Notes: generated by a model not told the origin, from the letters alone. A DNA stretch of 64,000 nt from Octopus sinensis (GCF_006345805.1 NC_043020.1:16120001-16184000), one strand, 5' to 3'. Positions 26,042-39,180 are shown, numbered from the stretch's first letter. Translations and numbers: made by a program.

Positions 26042-26346
26042 ACTAGCAGTATCGCCCGGTGTTGCTCGGGTTTGTAAGGGAAATAACTATATAAGCATTT
26101 TTAGAGAGTTACTTCCCTTATATAATAGCAAAAAAATGCATTAAAATAGAAAGAAAATGATGGTAAATTAATTTAAAAATCGTAGACTCATCATAGACGC
26201 GTACTAATACCCAGAAGGGCTCGATATGAATCACGACTATAAGATACCCAGTTTTGGTTAAACTGCACCACAAAATGTGGGAGTAGTTAGGAATCTAAAT
26301 CGAAGGGGACAGACACTCACACAACCTCACTTTTATATATAAAGAT
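26042..26346 (+). mobile_element. Non-autonomous Helitron-like element
   Basis: 5' ACTAG with CCCGGTGTTGCTCGGG hairpin; 3' GACAGAC...CTTTTATATATAAAGAT. Confidence 0.6.
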
Positions 26347-26352
26347 ATATAA

Positions 26353-26772
26353 GTGCAGATATAGCTGTGTGGTAAGAAGCTTGCTTCCCAACCACATGGT
26401 TCCATGTTCAGTTCCACTATGTGGCATCTTCAGCAAGTGTCTTCTACTATTTCTTCAATTGACCAAAGCCTTGTGAGTGGATTTGGTAGATAGAAACTGC
26501 AAGAAGCCCATCATATATATGCATGTGTGTGTGTGTATATATATATATGCATATACATATATTTATATGCATTTATGTGTGTACGTCTTTGTGTCAGTGT
26601 TAGTCTCCCCACCATCGCTTGACAACTGATGTTGGTGTGTTTACATTCCTGTATCTTAGCAGATGGACAAAAGAGACTGGTAGAATAAGCACTAGTCTTA
26701 CAAAGAATAAAGTGGTGCTCCAGCATGCATAACCACAGTCAAATGACTGAAACATATAAAAGAATAAAAGAA
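26353..26772 (+). mobile_element. SINE-B
   Basis: Homologous to other SINE-B copies. Confidence 0.8.
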
Positions 26773-26776
26773 TATA

Positions 26777-26810
<34 letters not shown>

Positions 26811-26836
26811 CGAGTATATATATATATATATATATA

Positions 26837-26876
<40 letters not shown>

Positions 26877-27895
26877 TCAAGGAATGGAGCAGATAAAAAT
26901 CTGAGCTACATGTTTCATAGTGAGCTGAACCACAGAAGTGGTAAGTATCCAAGCAAGGTGTATATTCCAGTCTATTCTTCAGGCCGAAGGTACCTTGATT
27001 ATATGAAGTTTACTTTGTCATTAGGAGGCCAATATTAACACACACAGGATTCGGTCAGAATCTGATTCTTTAAATAGGTTCTTCATCAGATTGTACTATC
27101 ATTTCACTCAGTGTAAGAATGCATATCCAAAGTGATGTGTTATTTTCAGCAATTTAGAGACAAAACTAAAACCATAGATAATGATGACAAACAAAATACA
27201 ATTATAATCAAAATACAAAATTCATAAAGGAACAGATAAAAGAAAAGAAAAGGGTCAGGTTAACTATAAATTACCATTCTATTGTGATGGTCAGATTATA
27301 CAGAAGAAAGTTCTAAACAAACTGAAGAATAAAATGAACAATAAAAATTAGCATTTAGAGATAACAAAGTGACAGAGTGGTGAAGACTGGTTAAAGCTGA
27401 TTAGAAAACATTGTGGTAAGGAATTGTAATTCTAAGGACAGGAACACGTATCCTCTGTGAAATTAATGCCTTTAGAAGAATGTAATATAGAAATGTACTG
27501 AGAGAACATTAGCATATACTTTGTATATGTTGGTGCGACTGCCAATTCCTTTAAAAATTGGTACTGAAAAATGCATATCTGTAAAATACATTGTCTAGAC
27601 CTTGCAATCTCTGTTCTGAGGAAACCCTATACATTTAAATGTGTGCAGATAAAACTGGTGAACAAGTACTCCAAAAGAGTTATAAGATGCAACCACAAGC
27701 TAAAATGCTCATTTTTGCAGATGTGTCTTGTCAGGTGACATTTCAAAAGGTACTTCCTTCAATAAACTCAGTTTCATGTGGTTCAATTATACTGCATGTT
27801 TTTGTTTGGCTGTGGGTGGTTGCCTACAGGCATGTATATACCCAAGATTTAAATAGCTATATATGTGTATATATATATATATATATAGTATATAT

Positions 27896-27941
<46 letters not shown>

Positions 27942-28055
27942 CATATATATATATATATACATTACATATATATATAATATATATATATAATATCTATATA
28001 TCTATATATATCTATAATATATATATATATATAGATATCATTATATATAATATAT

Positions 28056-28089
<34 letters not shown>

Positions 28090-28203
28090 CATACATATAT
28101 ATATTATATATATATATGATAATATTGGGAGTAAATCCATACATTAAGAGATATAAAAATTAGATTTAGGATAATCAAATTTCACAGTATAATATTAATT
28201 AAG

Positions 28204-28905
28204 TTAAATTAGAGATAAACCACTATTAGGCAAATCAAACAAGGAAAAACATAAACCGAAACATAAAAAATAAACATAATTAATGAAAATACAGATATAT
28301 AAAATATGAAATTTAAAATTTAAATTATTTAAATTTAAAATTTTTATATTTTTGAAATATTAAAAAAAATTTTAATTAATAAATTTTTAAATTAATAATT
28401 TTTTATATATTTATATAAGGAAGGAAGCACTCCGTCGGTTACGACGACGAGGGTTCCGATTGATCCGAATCAACGGAACAGCCTGCTCGTGAAATTAACG
28501 TGTAAGTGGCTGAGCACTCCACAAACACGTGTACCCTTAACGTAGTTCTCGGGGATATTCAGCGTGACACAGTGAGTGACAAGGCCGGCCCTTTGAAATA
28601 CAGGTACAACAGAAACAGGAAGTAAGAGAAAGTTGTGGTGAAAGAGTACAGCAGGGATTACCACCATCCCCTGCCGGAGCCTCGTGGAGCTTTTAGGTGT
28701 TTTCGCTCAATAAACACTCACAATGCCCGGTCTGGGAATCGAAACCGCGATCCTATGACCGCGAGTCCGCTGCCCTAACCACTGGGCCATTGCGCCTCCA
28801 CATATTTATATATTTGTATATTATATTAAGTATGTTTATTTTTATGTTTTGGTTTATGTTTTTCATTGTTTGATTTGCCTAATAGTGGTTTTATCTCTAA
28901 TTTAA
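28204..28905. repeat. Inverted repeat, ~97-bp arms (28204-28300 and ~28808-28905)
   Basis: TTAAATTAGAGATAAACCACTATTAGGCAAATCAAAC... and its reverse complement. Confidence 0.85.
28418..28801 (-). mobile_element. SINE-A (head A1 + tail i), young, with possible 11-bp TSD ATATTTATATA
   Basis: CpG-rich and intact; direct repeat at 28407-28417 and 28802-28812 (low complexity). Confidence 0.9.
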
Positions 28906-29591
28906 TTTGATATATATATATTACAATATCATAGAATTGACCAGACTATCAGATGTTGTTATACATCACTGGTGACATTGTATTTCACATTGTCTTAGCC
29001 TTCACACACCTAGGCAGTACCATTCAATCTGTCAGTATCAACAGCACTAATATAAGCATCATTTGGGAACAAACCAAAAAACACCACAACTTTCAAACAC
29101 ATTTACCTTATGTACAACCTCAGTAAATAAATTCAATAAGTAAATTACAACCAACTCCTAAACACGTAACTAAACAGCGACACATCCATTAAGTCATACA
29201 AAAATTATAATCCATACCGTCTTCCATAGTATAATATAAAAGTGAAAGCTTAATAACCACAGTCATTCAATCAATCAATTTATAGGTAGGATTAAACACT
29301 AACTTTAATTAAACTATAACAAAGAAGCAAATAAACCTATGTACATTGCATCAGTATTAATAGTAAATTGCAATAACTAAATCATATGCTAAACCATGAC
29401 CAATCTTTAAGTCCATATAAATAATAATCCTACTAGTCTTCCATAGTTACTATTATAATAAAAGTTAAAACGTTATATAAATCTCTCCAGAACAAAACAA
29501 ACACAACTGAAATTAATTTAACTAATAATAAAATAAAATAATTATGAGTGAAATACATTATTTCATCTCACACACACACACACACACATAT

Positions 29592-30000
29592 ACTCTTTTA
29601 CTCTTTTACTTGTTTCAGTCATTTGACTGCGGCCATGCTGGAGTACCGCCTTTAGTCGAGCAACTCGACCCCAGGTCTTATTCTTTGTAAGCCTAGTACT
29701 TATTCTATTGGTCTATTTTGATGAACTGCTAAGTTACAGGAGCGTAAACACACCAGCATCGGTTGTCAAGCGATGTTGGGGGGACAAACACAGACACATA
29801 ACCACACACAAACACACACAAACACATATATATGTATATACATATATATGTATATACATATATACGACAAGCTTCTTTCAGTTTCCGTCTACCAAATCTA
29901 CTCACAAGGCTTTGGTCGGCCCAGGGTGCCATGCAGTGGAACTGAACCCGGAACCATGTGGTTCGTAAGCAAGCTACTTGCCACACAGCCATTCCTGCGC
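29592..30000 (-). mobile_element. SINE-B
   Basis: Homologous to other SINE-B copies. Confidence 0.85.
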
Positions 30001-30625
30001 ATCATCATTGTTTAGTGTTGGTTTTCCATGCTAGCATGGATTGTATGGTTCGACTGAGGATGGAGAGACACCAGCAGCACCAGGCTCCAATCTGATCTAG
30101 CAATGTTTCTACAGCTGGATGCTCTTCCTAATGCCAACCACTCCGAGAGTGTAGTAGGTGCTTTTTATGTTCCACCCGCACAGGAGCCAGTCAGGCAGGC
30201 CTAGCATTTATCATGTTTGGATAGTGCTTTTTATGTGCCACCAGCATGGGATCCAGTCAGGGGGCACTGGCAATAGCTATGATATTGGTTTTACTTGACT
30301 CAGCAGGTCTTCTCAAGCATATCATATCGCACGAAACATCAGAGGTACTCTTAACTGGGCTGGACATGCATGGCTGTGATCTCACTTTAGTTGCCGGGTC
30401 TTCTCAATCGCAGCATATCACCAAAGGTCTTGGTCTCCTCTCATTGCCTCTGTGAGGCCCATTGTTCAAAGGTCATGCTTCACCACCTCGTCCCATGTCT
30501 TCCTGGGTCTACCTCTTCCACAGGTTCCTTTCACAGTTAGGGAGTAGCACTTCCTCACACAGCTATCCTCATCCATATGTAACACATGACCATACCAAGA
30601 CAGTCGTCTCTCTTGCACACCACAT
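30001..30625 (-). mobile_element. RTE LINE 3' fragment
   Basis: CGVQERRLSWYGHV...GRGRPRKTWDEVVKHDL plus 3'UTR and tail. Confidence 0.85.
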
Positions 30626-30686
30626 TTATACATATATATATATATGTGTGTGCGTGTGTGTGTGTATACATATACATATATATATA

Positions 30687-31529
30687 TTGGGTCATCCCAT
30701 AAATAATGCATTTTTTAAAACTTCTTTTATTTTTCAAAATTTAGATAAACAAAGTTTTTTTAAATCTAAAATATACTCTCCTTCATTTTCTACAATGCTC
30801 TTCCATTTATCTAGAAGATTTGCAAGACTCCTCTTCCAAAATTCCCTTGTTCGTGATGAAAAATACTCCTTCAGTACTGTTCTGACTTTGTCTCCAGAAT
30901 TCATATTTTTCTGTCCATTATTTCCCATTCAAACTGCACCAGCCTTTGGAATATCATCCTTGCTGTATGTGGCTGAGAATTAATCATGATGGAAGAACAT
31001 CTTGAAACCATCTTGAGGGTCGTTTTTCTTTCAGTACAGTTGATGAATGTTTGAATAACCAAATCCAAGCTTCTCTCCTAGTTCCTCAACAGTTACGATA
31101 GTATTTTGCTCCGCCAGGGTTTTCAGGACATGCTCATTAAGCTCAACAGATCTTCCTGGATGAGGCTCATCTTCTAGGCAGTAGTTTCTGGCTCAGAATT
31201 TCTGAAACTACCATTGACACTGACTTACGCTTATTGTCCATTCCCCATATACTGCATTAATATTCTTCACACTTTCTGTTGCGTTGTTGCCTTTATTGAA
31301 CTCATAAAGCAAAATATTCTAAATATGCTCCTCTGTCACTTCCATTATAGTTGTGAAAAAATAACTGTTAAAATCGAACTGCACTCTTCAAAACTTGCTC
31401 TAAGAATAAGGTCAAGGTAGATTTACTACCTGCTTTTATAGCAAGTTGATGTGGGTAGTTTATCATGTCCCCCTCTGACTTTTAGTTCATGCAACTGAAA
31501 AAGCCCGCACTATTTACAGGATGATCCAA
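30687..31529 (-). mobile_element. Mariner element, internally deleted, both TIRs present, TA flanks
   Basis: TIRs TTGGGTCATCCCATAAATAATGC and GCACTATTTACAGGATGATCCAA; N-terminus LLYEFNKGNNATE..EDEPHPGR; C-terminus FWKRSLANLLDKWKSIVENEGEY. Confidence 0.88.
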
Positions 31530-31679
31530 TATATATACATGTATATATGTCTATATCTATATATAGGGAGAATTCACGAAAAAAACAAAAGACGAAGACA
31601 GGTGGTGTAAAAAACAAACAGATGTATTAGTATAACGCTCAGGAATTGCAAAAACTCTTTTACGTTATATAGATATTAT

Positions 31680-31730
31680 ATCTATATCTATATCTATATC
31701 TATATCTATATCTATATCTATCTATCTATA

Positions 31731-31762
<32 letters not shown>

Positions 31763-31775
31763 TATAGATAGATAG

Positions 31776-31829
<54 letters not shown>

Positions 31830-32031
31830 GTAGGTAGATAGATAGATTGATAGATAGGTAGATAGATAGATAGATAGATAGATAGATATATTAATTCAAG
31901 GATATAAATACCTCTTAAAAGTATATATATTGTGTGTGTGTGTGTGTGTGTGTGTATACACACATTCACATATATATGTGTGTGTGTATGTATGTCTGTA
32001 TGTGTGTGCGTGTGTGTGTGTGTGTGTGTGT

Positions 32032-32070
<39 letters not shown>
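31680..32070. repeat. Compound (TCTATA)/(GATA)/(TG) microsatellite
   Basis: Direct reading. Confidence 0.95.
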
Positions 32071-32073
<3 letters not shown>

Positions 32074-32422
32074 TAAATGCATATACACACTCATGAAATA
32101 ATATCAAAGAATAAAATATTTAATCATTTATTCTACTTTTCTTTTCCTCAACTATTTTCATAGACTTTTATTGTTTCCAGCAATTAATTTTTATCTAGAA
32201 AATTCTGACTTCATGCAAATTTCAATGTTAGTCACTGTTGTTGTTCTTCTTCTTTTTGTCATCACTATTGTTATAGTAGTATAGGTTCTATTTGTCTCAG
32301 CTTTTTTTTTTATATCGGGTGGGGGGGGGTAGGGTGGTGGTGGGGGGTTATGCTTAACCGTTAGAGGTTTCGTTTGTTTAGCTTTTTACTTTTCTCTCCT
32401 TTTATATTCCTGCATTTCATCA

Positions 32423-32476
32423 TTACTGATTTCTATCATCATCAGCAGCAGCATCATCACCATCATCACCATCATT

Positions 32477-32515
<39 letters not shown>

Positions 32516-32528
32516 GTCGTCGTCATCG

Positions 32529-32563
<35 letters not shown>

Positions 32564-32689
32564 GTCATCGTCATCCTCATCACCACCATCATCATCATCA
32601 TCATCATCATCACCATCATCACCATCATCACCATCATCACCATCATCATCATCATCATCATCATCGTCGTCGTCATCGTCATCATCATC

Positions 32690-32721
<32 letters not shown>

Positions 32722-32757
32722 CATCGTCGTCGTCATCATCATCACCATCATCACCAC

Positions 32758-32788
<31 letters not shown>

Positions 32789-33515
32789 GTCATCGTCGTC
32801 GTCATCATCATCATCATCGTCATCATCATCATCATCATCATCACCACCATCATCATCATTGTGATCACTATCATCATCCCCTCCTCCTCCATCATCATCA
32901 CCATCATCTGTATTGCCTTGACATCATCATAATCCCCACAACCAACCACCTTCAGTTTCATATGAATTGTCATCATCGTCATCGTCATCATCTTCATCAT
33001 CATCATCATCGTCATCATAATTATCACCATCAGCACCACCACCTTCAGTTTCATAATAGTCGTCATCATCATCGCCATCATCATCATCATCCCCTCCATC
33101 ATCATCATCACTGTCATCACCCCCACTGCCATCATCACCATCATCATCATCATCATCATCATAATCATCATCATCATCACTACCACCACTATCATCATCA
33201 TCATCATCATCATCACTACCACCACCACCATCATCATCATCATCACCACCACCAGCATCATCATCCTCTTCAACGTCATCATTGTTGTCACCACCATCAC
33301 CATCACTCCCACCTCCACCCCCACCAATACCACCACCACCACCACAACTATCACCACCACCGCCACCACCACTATAATCACCACAACTACTCCCAACACT
33401 ATTACCCCTGTCAACATCATCATCATCATCATTGTCATTATCATCATCGTCATCATCATTGTCATCGTCGTCATCACCATCACCATCGTTGTCGTCATCA
33501 TCATCATCATCATTA
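32423..33515. repeat. (CAT)n/(CAC)n imperfect microsatellite, about 1.1 kb
   Basis: Direct reading; it accounts for the poly-H and poly-M ORFs. Confidence 0.97.
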
Positions 33516-34436
33516 TGCTATACAATCTACCAAAAGCTTTCTACTTAATACGTGTGAATTTTTCTGACACCGTTCCTCATAATTAATGAAGCATCCAGAA
33601 GATAACCATTTGCCACCATTCTCTACCACCTTCACCTTTTTCACCCCCGTCCACCCACCCATCCACCCACCAAACCCTTCTGCAAACAACCCCCACCACC
33701 GCCACCCTCCTTGCCTTCCCCACCATCTTCATTATTCTGTAGCTTTGATCATTTTTGCTGTTTGTTTGCTTGTTTGTTTGTTTGCTAGATTTTTTTTTTT
33801 CTCTTTGACAGAAAAATAGTTTTGCTTTCTCATCTTTTAATTTGTGGAAACATTCTATTATTATTTGTGGTTTTTGAACTCTTCTTACTAAAGACATTCA
33901 TTTCTCCTCTTTTTCCTTCCAGAAATCAAAATGTGTTCAACTGGTGTATGTTTATCTATGTGTATCTATATACGCGTCTTATATTCTATGTGTGTTTGTG
34001 TGTGTGTGTGCTTTTTTTTGTATTCCTTGTGGTGGTCGTTGCGGAGGGGTTGTGTGCGTGTCTGAGACTGCATTTGTGTGTGTGTGGTTGGGTGGCTTGC
34101 TGGGTGTTGCGTACATTATAGATTGGTAACAATGAAACGATAATTTGAAAATGAACTCAATCAATGATATATATATATATATATGTATGTGTGTATATGC
34201 CTTTGTGCTACTGTGTATGTATATATGTGGTGTGTGTGTGTGTGTATGTATATACAAGTGTGTGTTCGCACGCATGTATGTGTGTGTGTGTGCGTGTGTG
34301 TGATGTCTTTGTGCTTGATAATTGTATATGCTAAAATGTCTAATAATGAAATGAATGTATTTAAATGTGTTTAACCAAAGTGTGTATGTATGTGTGAATG
34401 TATGTATGTGTGTGTATATATATGTGAATATATATA

Positions 34437-34483
<47 letters not shown>

Positions 34484-34539
34484 ATATGTCCCACTCACGC
34501 AGCAGCATGGTAAGGTGGATGTTAAACGATGATGATGAT

Positions 34540-34587
<48 letters not shown>

Positions 34588-34919
34588 CGTATATATATAT
34601 GTATGATATATATATATATATATTAATAATATATCATATATATATATATATATATATTATATATTCAGATTATATATATATATATAGCAAACTCAGCAAC
34701 TAGTAAAAGTTACACTGCACCAAGCACTTTTATGTACTTCTAACAAAAAGTGAGGGAAATATATGTATGTGTGTATATATATGTGCATTTGTCTGTGAGT
34801 GCATTTTTACACATAGACACACACACACACACACGGGCACATTTATATGTGTCTGTGTGTTTGTCTATGATAGAAGATATTGGGCACTGATTTATATATG
34901 TAGTTTAGTTTATTTTGTA

Positions 34920-35092
34920 GTACATATTTGAATAAAGGAACTCTGATTTTTGACATAACTACGTACGTTAAAATCTCTTCTTCATAGTCTTTCTATGTGT
35001 GAATGACACCAATGATTTGTTTAAAAATATTATAATGGATTGTTTTGATGGAGTAGAGGTTTGCAATATAGTCAGGTTATTATCTTAGACAA
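34920..35092 (+). mobile_element. Penelope-like RT fragment
   Basis: KSLLH...NDLFKNIIMDCFDGVEVCNIV resembles the PLE RKSLLF...FDVTMGxYDGAEVCELV motif. Confidence 0.55.
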
Positions 35093-35093
35093 T

Positions 35094-35275
35094 GGAAGCA
35101 CATGGCTTAGTGGTTAGGGTGTTGGACTCATGATTGTAAGATTGTGGGTTTGATCTCTGGACTGGGCAACGTATTGTGTTCCTGAGCAACAGACCTTATT
35201 TCATGTTGCTCCAGTCCAGTCAGCTGATAAAAATGAGTAATCCTGCAATGAACCAGCATCCTTTCCAGGGAGGAA
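35094..35275 (+). mobile_element. SINE-A (head A0 + tail ii)
   Basis: A0 head followed by CTGCAATGAACCAGCATCCTTTCCAG. Confidence 0.65.
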
Positions 35276-35377
35276 TACATACAAATCATAGTTGTATGTT
35301 TCCCATTGACAATTCTTCAAAAGTTTGAAGTAGGAGAGTCATGGGAAAATAAACAATAATATTCACAAATACATTAC

Positions 35378-35760
35378 CATCATCATCGTTTAACATCCGT
35401 TTTCCATGCTAGCATGGGTTGGACGGTTCAACCGGGGTCCAGGAGGCTAGGAGGCTGCACCAGGTCCCAATCTGATCTGGCAGTGTTTCTACAGCTGGAT
35501 GCCCTTCCTAACGCCAAACACTCTGTGAGTGTAGTGGGTGCTTTTTACGTGCTATCAGCACAAGGACCAGAAGAGGCTGGCAATGGCCATGATCAGTCGG
35601 TGCTTTTTATGTGCCACCGGCACGGAAGCCAGTCAAGGCGGCACTGGCATCGACCAAGTTTGGATGGTGTTTTTTACCGGCATGGGTATCACAACTACAA
35701 TTTCCATTTGATTTTTATTTTGATGTTGATGTACTTGACTCAATAGGTCCACCTCAAGCA
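35378..35760 (-). mobile_element. RTE LINE 3' end
   Basis: Homologous to 5847-6290. Confidence 0.8.
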
Positions 35761-36050
35761 CAGCCTGTTAGAAAATTCATCATAATAATATCTTTTCAAT
35801 TGTCCTACACAGAACACATTATTTTTGTCCAATTATTAATATACAACAATATCATATGTGATATTTTCATGTTTTTAATATCATATCTGTAAAATACACT
35901 CAAGCAAGTATAGTAGCTATTCTTAAGAAACTGGCCCTAAGTTCCTCACAGAGTAATATGGACTAACCATTTATCCTAGCTAAGCTGAAATTTACATGCT
36001 GACATTCGGAAACACATTTTCTGTGATACAGTTCTATATTTAAGAGATGA

Positions 36051-36546
36051 GAAATTATGTACATTATTTACATTATTTACATTTGACAGATATTTGTCCT
36101 CATCTTGTTTGTTGTTAACATAATGTTTCAGCTGATATACCCTCCAGCCTTCATCAGATGTCTTGGGTATATGGCGTAGTGGTTAAGAGTGCGGGCTACT
36201 AACCCCAAGATTCTGAGTTCGATTCCAGGCAGTGCCTTGAATAATTATAATAATAGTAATAATGTTTTTTTTTAGACATTCACTAGTACGAACTTCCAAC
36301 CTGTTGTCTCTTGAGGTCTCTGGGTGAGACTTGGAGCCAACTTGTACAAATGTAAAGCAAAAGTCAAACAGGATAATAATAATAATAATAACATCGAAAA
36401 GTACCTTAGGAATGAGAACCCAGGTTCAAAATTCCTCAAGACACCTAATGAAGGCTGGAGGGTATATCAGCTGAAACGTGTTAACAACAAACAAGTTGAG
36501 TACAAATATCCATCAAATGTAAATCATGTAAATAATGTACAATTTC
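36051..36546 (+). mobile_element. Composite element: inverted ~115-bp arms with hammerhead motifs, tRNA-like head, (AAT)n linker and an inserted piece
   Basis: 36051-36167 is the reverse complement of 36434-36546; A-box TGGCGTAGTGG at 36172 and B-box GAGTTCGATTCC at 36215. Confidence 0.8.
36117..36162 (-). ncRNA. Candidate minimal hammerhead ribozyme
   Basis: GACAT-CTGATGA-A-GGCTG-loop-CAGCT-GAAAC-AT-T-ATGTT. Confidence 0.6.
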
Positions 36547-36689
36547 AGTGAGCCTTATTCCTTATTGTCCTACTACTTTTACTTCTTAAACACATAGGGT
36601 AATGGAGACAGCCATTAACAATGATTTTGTCCTTGAATCTTCAGCTTTTATTAAAGAAATATGATTTCTATTACATCCTCTTAATTAGA

Positions 36690-38560
36690 AAGTCAGCCTT
36701 TTCAAGTAAACACTAAATGTGTTTCTTTCTTTTTGAATGCTTCTGGAATGTTCCAAACAAAACTATGTTTCTTCATACAAAACCAAAAATATCTGTGAAA
36801 GTGAGTTGTACAAGCCATAGGCACCTTTCCATCAACATCATTAATGTCTGCAAGTAATTTAAGAGCCTAAGAATTAGCTACAAGCTCAAAATATAATAGT
36901 AACTTCAGTGTTATGTGAACCAGACATTATTTTTAAAAAGCCTAAAGAAATTTCTTGTTAACCTTCAATGTTGATTAATAAATCTGTGGAGATTTGGAAT
37001 AGGTGAGGTGAGAAAAATATCTTAAATTCAATCAATTCTATCATTTTTAACATTAAACAATTCTTTTCCCTTCCAATATAGAATAACAGTTTGTTGGTTA
37101 TTGAGCAGCTCGTAAATAGAGATAAGAAGTGCTGAGCAATAGAGAGAATAATTTATTCAGTTTGATATAGCAGAATTGTATCCATTTCTTTCTAAATCCC
37201 CACTTTAAAAGCTTTAGAATCTGGTAGAAGCCTTACTCCAATTAGTAATTCATACATTAATATTAATGCGCATGCAAGGAAATCTTTGCTATTATATAAT
37301 AATACTTCTAAGGTAAAACATGCTAACCAGAAATTGTTTGATTTAGCCATTTAGATCATGCCATAGAGCTGAGATTTGTAGGTTGAGGAGGTTGTACTTC
37401 ACAAATGTAATGAAGAGATTTTGCTCTGCATTCTACGGGGTTTGTTCTCTATAGTGTTGATAGACTATTCAGTAACATAAATATTGGATACAAAATATGG
37501 TATAACCCCACATGTAGTTTAAAAGATTGTCCTAATATAGGCCAGAATTTTTTATATATATAATATATTTATATATATATATTTTTATATATATATATAA
37601 ATATATGCATATATACATACATATATGTACATACCTACATATATATGTATATACAAATGCATACATGGGTACAGGACATCAAAAAAGACGTTGAACACAA
37701 GGAGAAATGAAAACACAAAAAACAAAAACATAGAAACGAACTTTTTTTTCGAACAACAAAGAAAAACAAACAGAGAAACATAAAGAATATTCCCCTTCAC
37801 TAGTTGTCCCTGTTTCATCTACTCCACGTTACGAAGGCAAGGACAATACATGACTTTGTTGAAACAGTCCTTCCTGCAAAGCAAATTAAATAAAATTTGG
37901 GATTTTTTGCAGAGGGTGAAAGTGGTACAAGAACAGGACAGTGAGAATAAAACAGTAAAACCAAACAGTGAGGGCTGTTAAGCCAAGACGATAGAAAAAT
38001 TACTATGAATGCTATGAAGACGAGCTTATGAGAGAAGATAGTATAAGCATGTGTTGACAAATAGTATCAAGGTGAACTACACTTGCACCAAGTGTTTTGC
38101 TTTTTCTTTAGTTAATATAAATAGTAGAAACTTTCCAGTATAAATACACAAAGTATTTTTCTCTTTTGTTTAATTGCAAAATATTTAATATCCACCCTCT
38201 CAATGCTCTTCTCTTCCATCAGTTTATGAAACTAAAATCTCTCTTGAAAATGAGAATAAAATAAAATGCTGTATAGGGCTTATTGAAAATACCTTTAAAA
38301 CCAAATCTTGCAAACATAAGTATGCATTCAGATACTTAGAAATGGGACACACCACCTCACTATACACAAGTCTATTTGAATTGTAAAGAAGGATAATGTC
38401 ACCAAACATCAACTGATCTTAAAAGAGAACATTTATTCCCATATTAATGAATCTAAAAATTGTCTTCTGGAGGAATATTATATCATCCAGATACATTTCG
38501 CAATTTTGAACAAAAAATTAAGATTCATATTTCTTAAAAATTCTTACACTGAATTTTATC
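36690..38560 (+). mobile_element. Degraded Penelope-like element (RT 36690-37545, GIY-YIG region 38230-38560), interrupted by repeats
   Basis: FIQFDIAELYP...KALE...HARKSLLL...LFD...AEIC; then IGLIENTFKT...H...F..., NESKNCLLEE...LNKK. Confidence 0.75.
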
Positions 38561-39001
38561 AATGTATTTCTGATCAACAACTCACTATACAGATTCCCCA
38601 CATAATGGAGATATGAAGGGAAAAACTTCTATTCATTAATATGAAAACTTTTTTAACAATAGCTACTATACTAGCTCATGTGTATTTTACAGATATGATA
38701 CTAAAAACATGAAAATATCACTTATTGTTGTATGTGAATATTTGGACAGATAATGTGTTCTGTGACGGACAATTGAAAAGATAATATTATAATGAATTTT
38801 CTAACATTGTAATCAAACAAATCTTGATGGCTAAACATATTAAGATGTATTTGTGAATATTTTTGCTTCTTTTCCCATGGCTTCACTACTTCAAACTCTT
38901 GAATAATTGTCAATAGGAAATACACAACCATGATCAAAAAAAAAGAAATTCAGCTTCAAATAAAAAGAAATACTCGTGCTTACATTATGAAATGCTTATA
39001 T

Positions 39002-39101
39002 NNNNNNNNNNNNNNNNNNNNNNNNNNNNNNNNNNNNNNNNNNNNNNNNNNNNNNNNNNNNNNNNNNNNNNNNNNNNNNNNNNNNNNNNNNNNNNNNNNN
39101 N
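39002..39101. other. Assembly gap (100 N)
   Basis: Direct reading. Confidence 1.
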
Positions 39102-39144
39102 TTCAAAAGGAATGAAAAATAAAACTATATATAATATATTATAT

Positions 39145-39180
<36 letters not shown>

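Noticed and set aside
26876-26946. Exon candidate ending in GTAAGT
   Set aside because: The acceptor lies in (TA)n and the short peptide has no recognisable homology.
29050-29560. Possible NUMT (AT-rich, strand-skewed)
   Set aside because: No mitochondrial gene motif recognised in any frame; a BLAST against mtDNA would settle it.
32374-33567. 397-aa poly-His and 379-aa poly-Met ORFs
   Set aside because: (CAT)n repeat with no non-repetitive domain; the same applies to 43532-44210.
36168-36236. tRNA gene
   Set aside because: A and B boxes are present, but there is no acceptor-stem closure; treated as a SINE head.
37790-37850. Permuted hammerhead-like remnants in a repeat
   Set aside because: Both core motifs are mutated and no convincing helices form.
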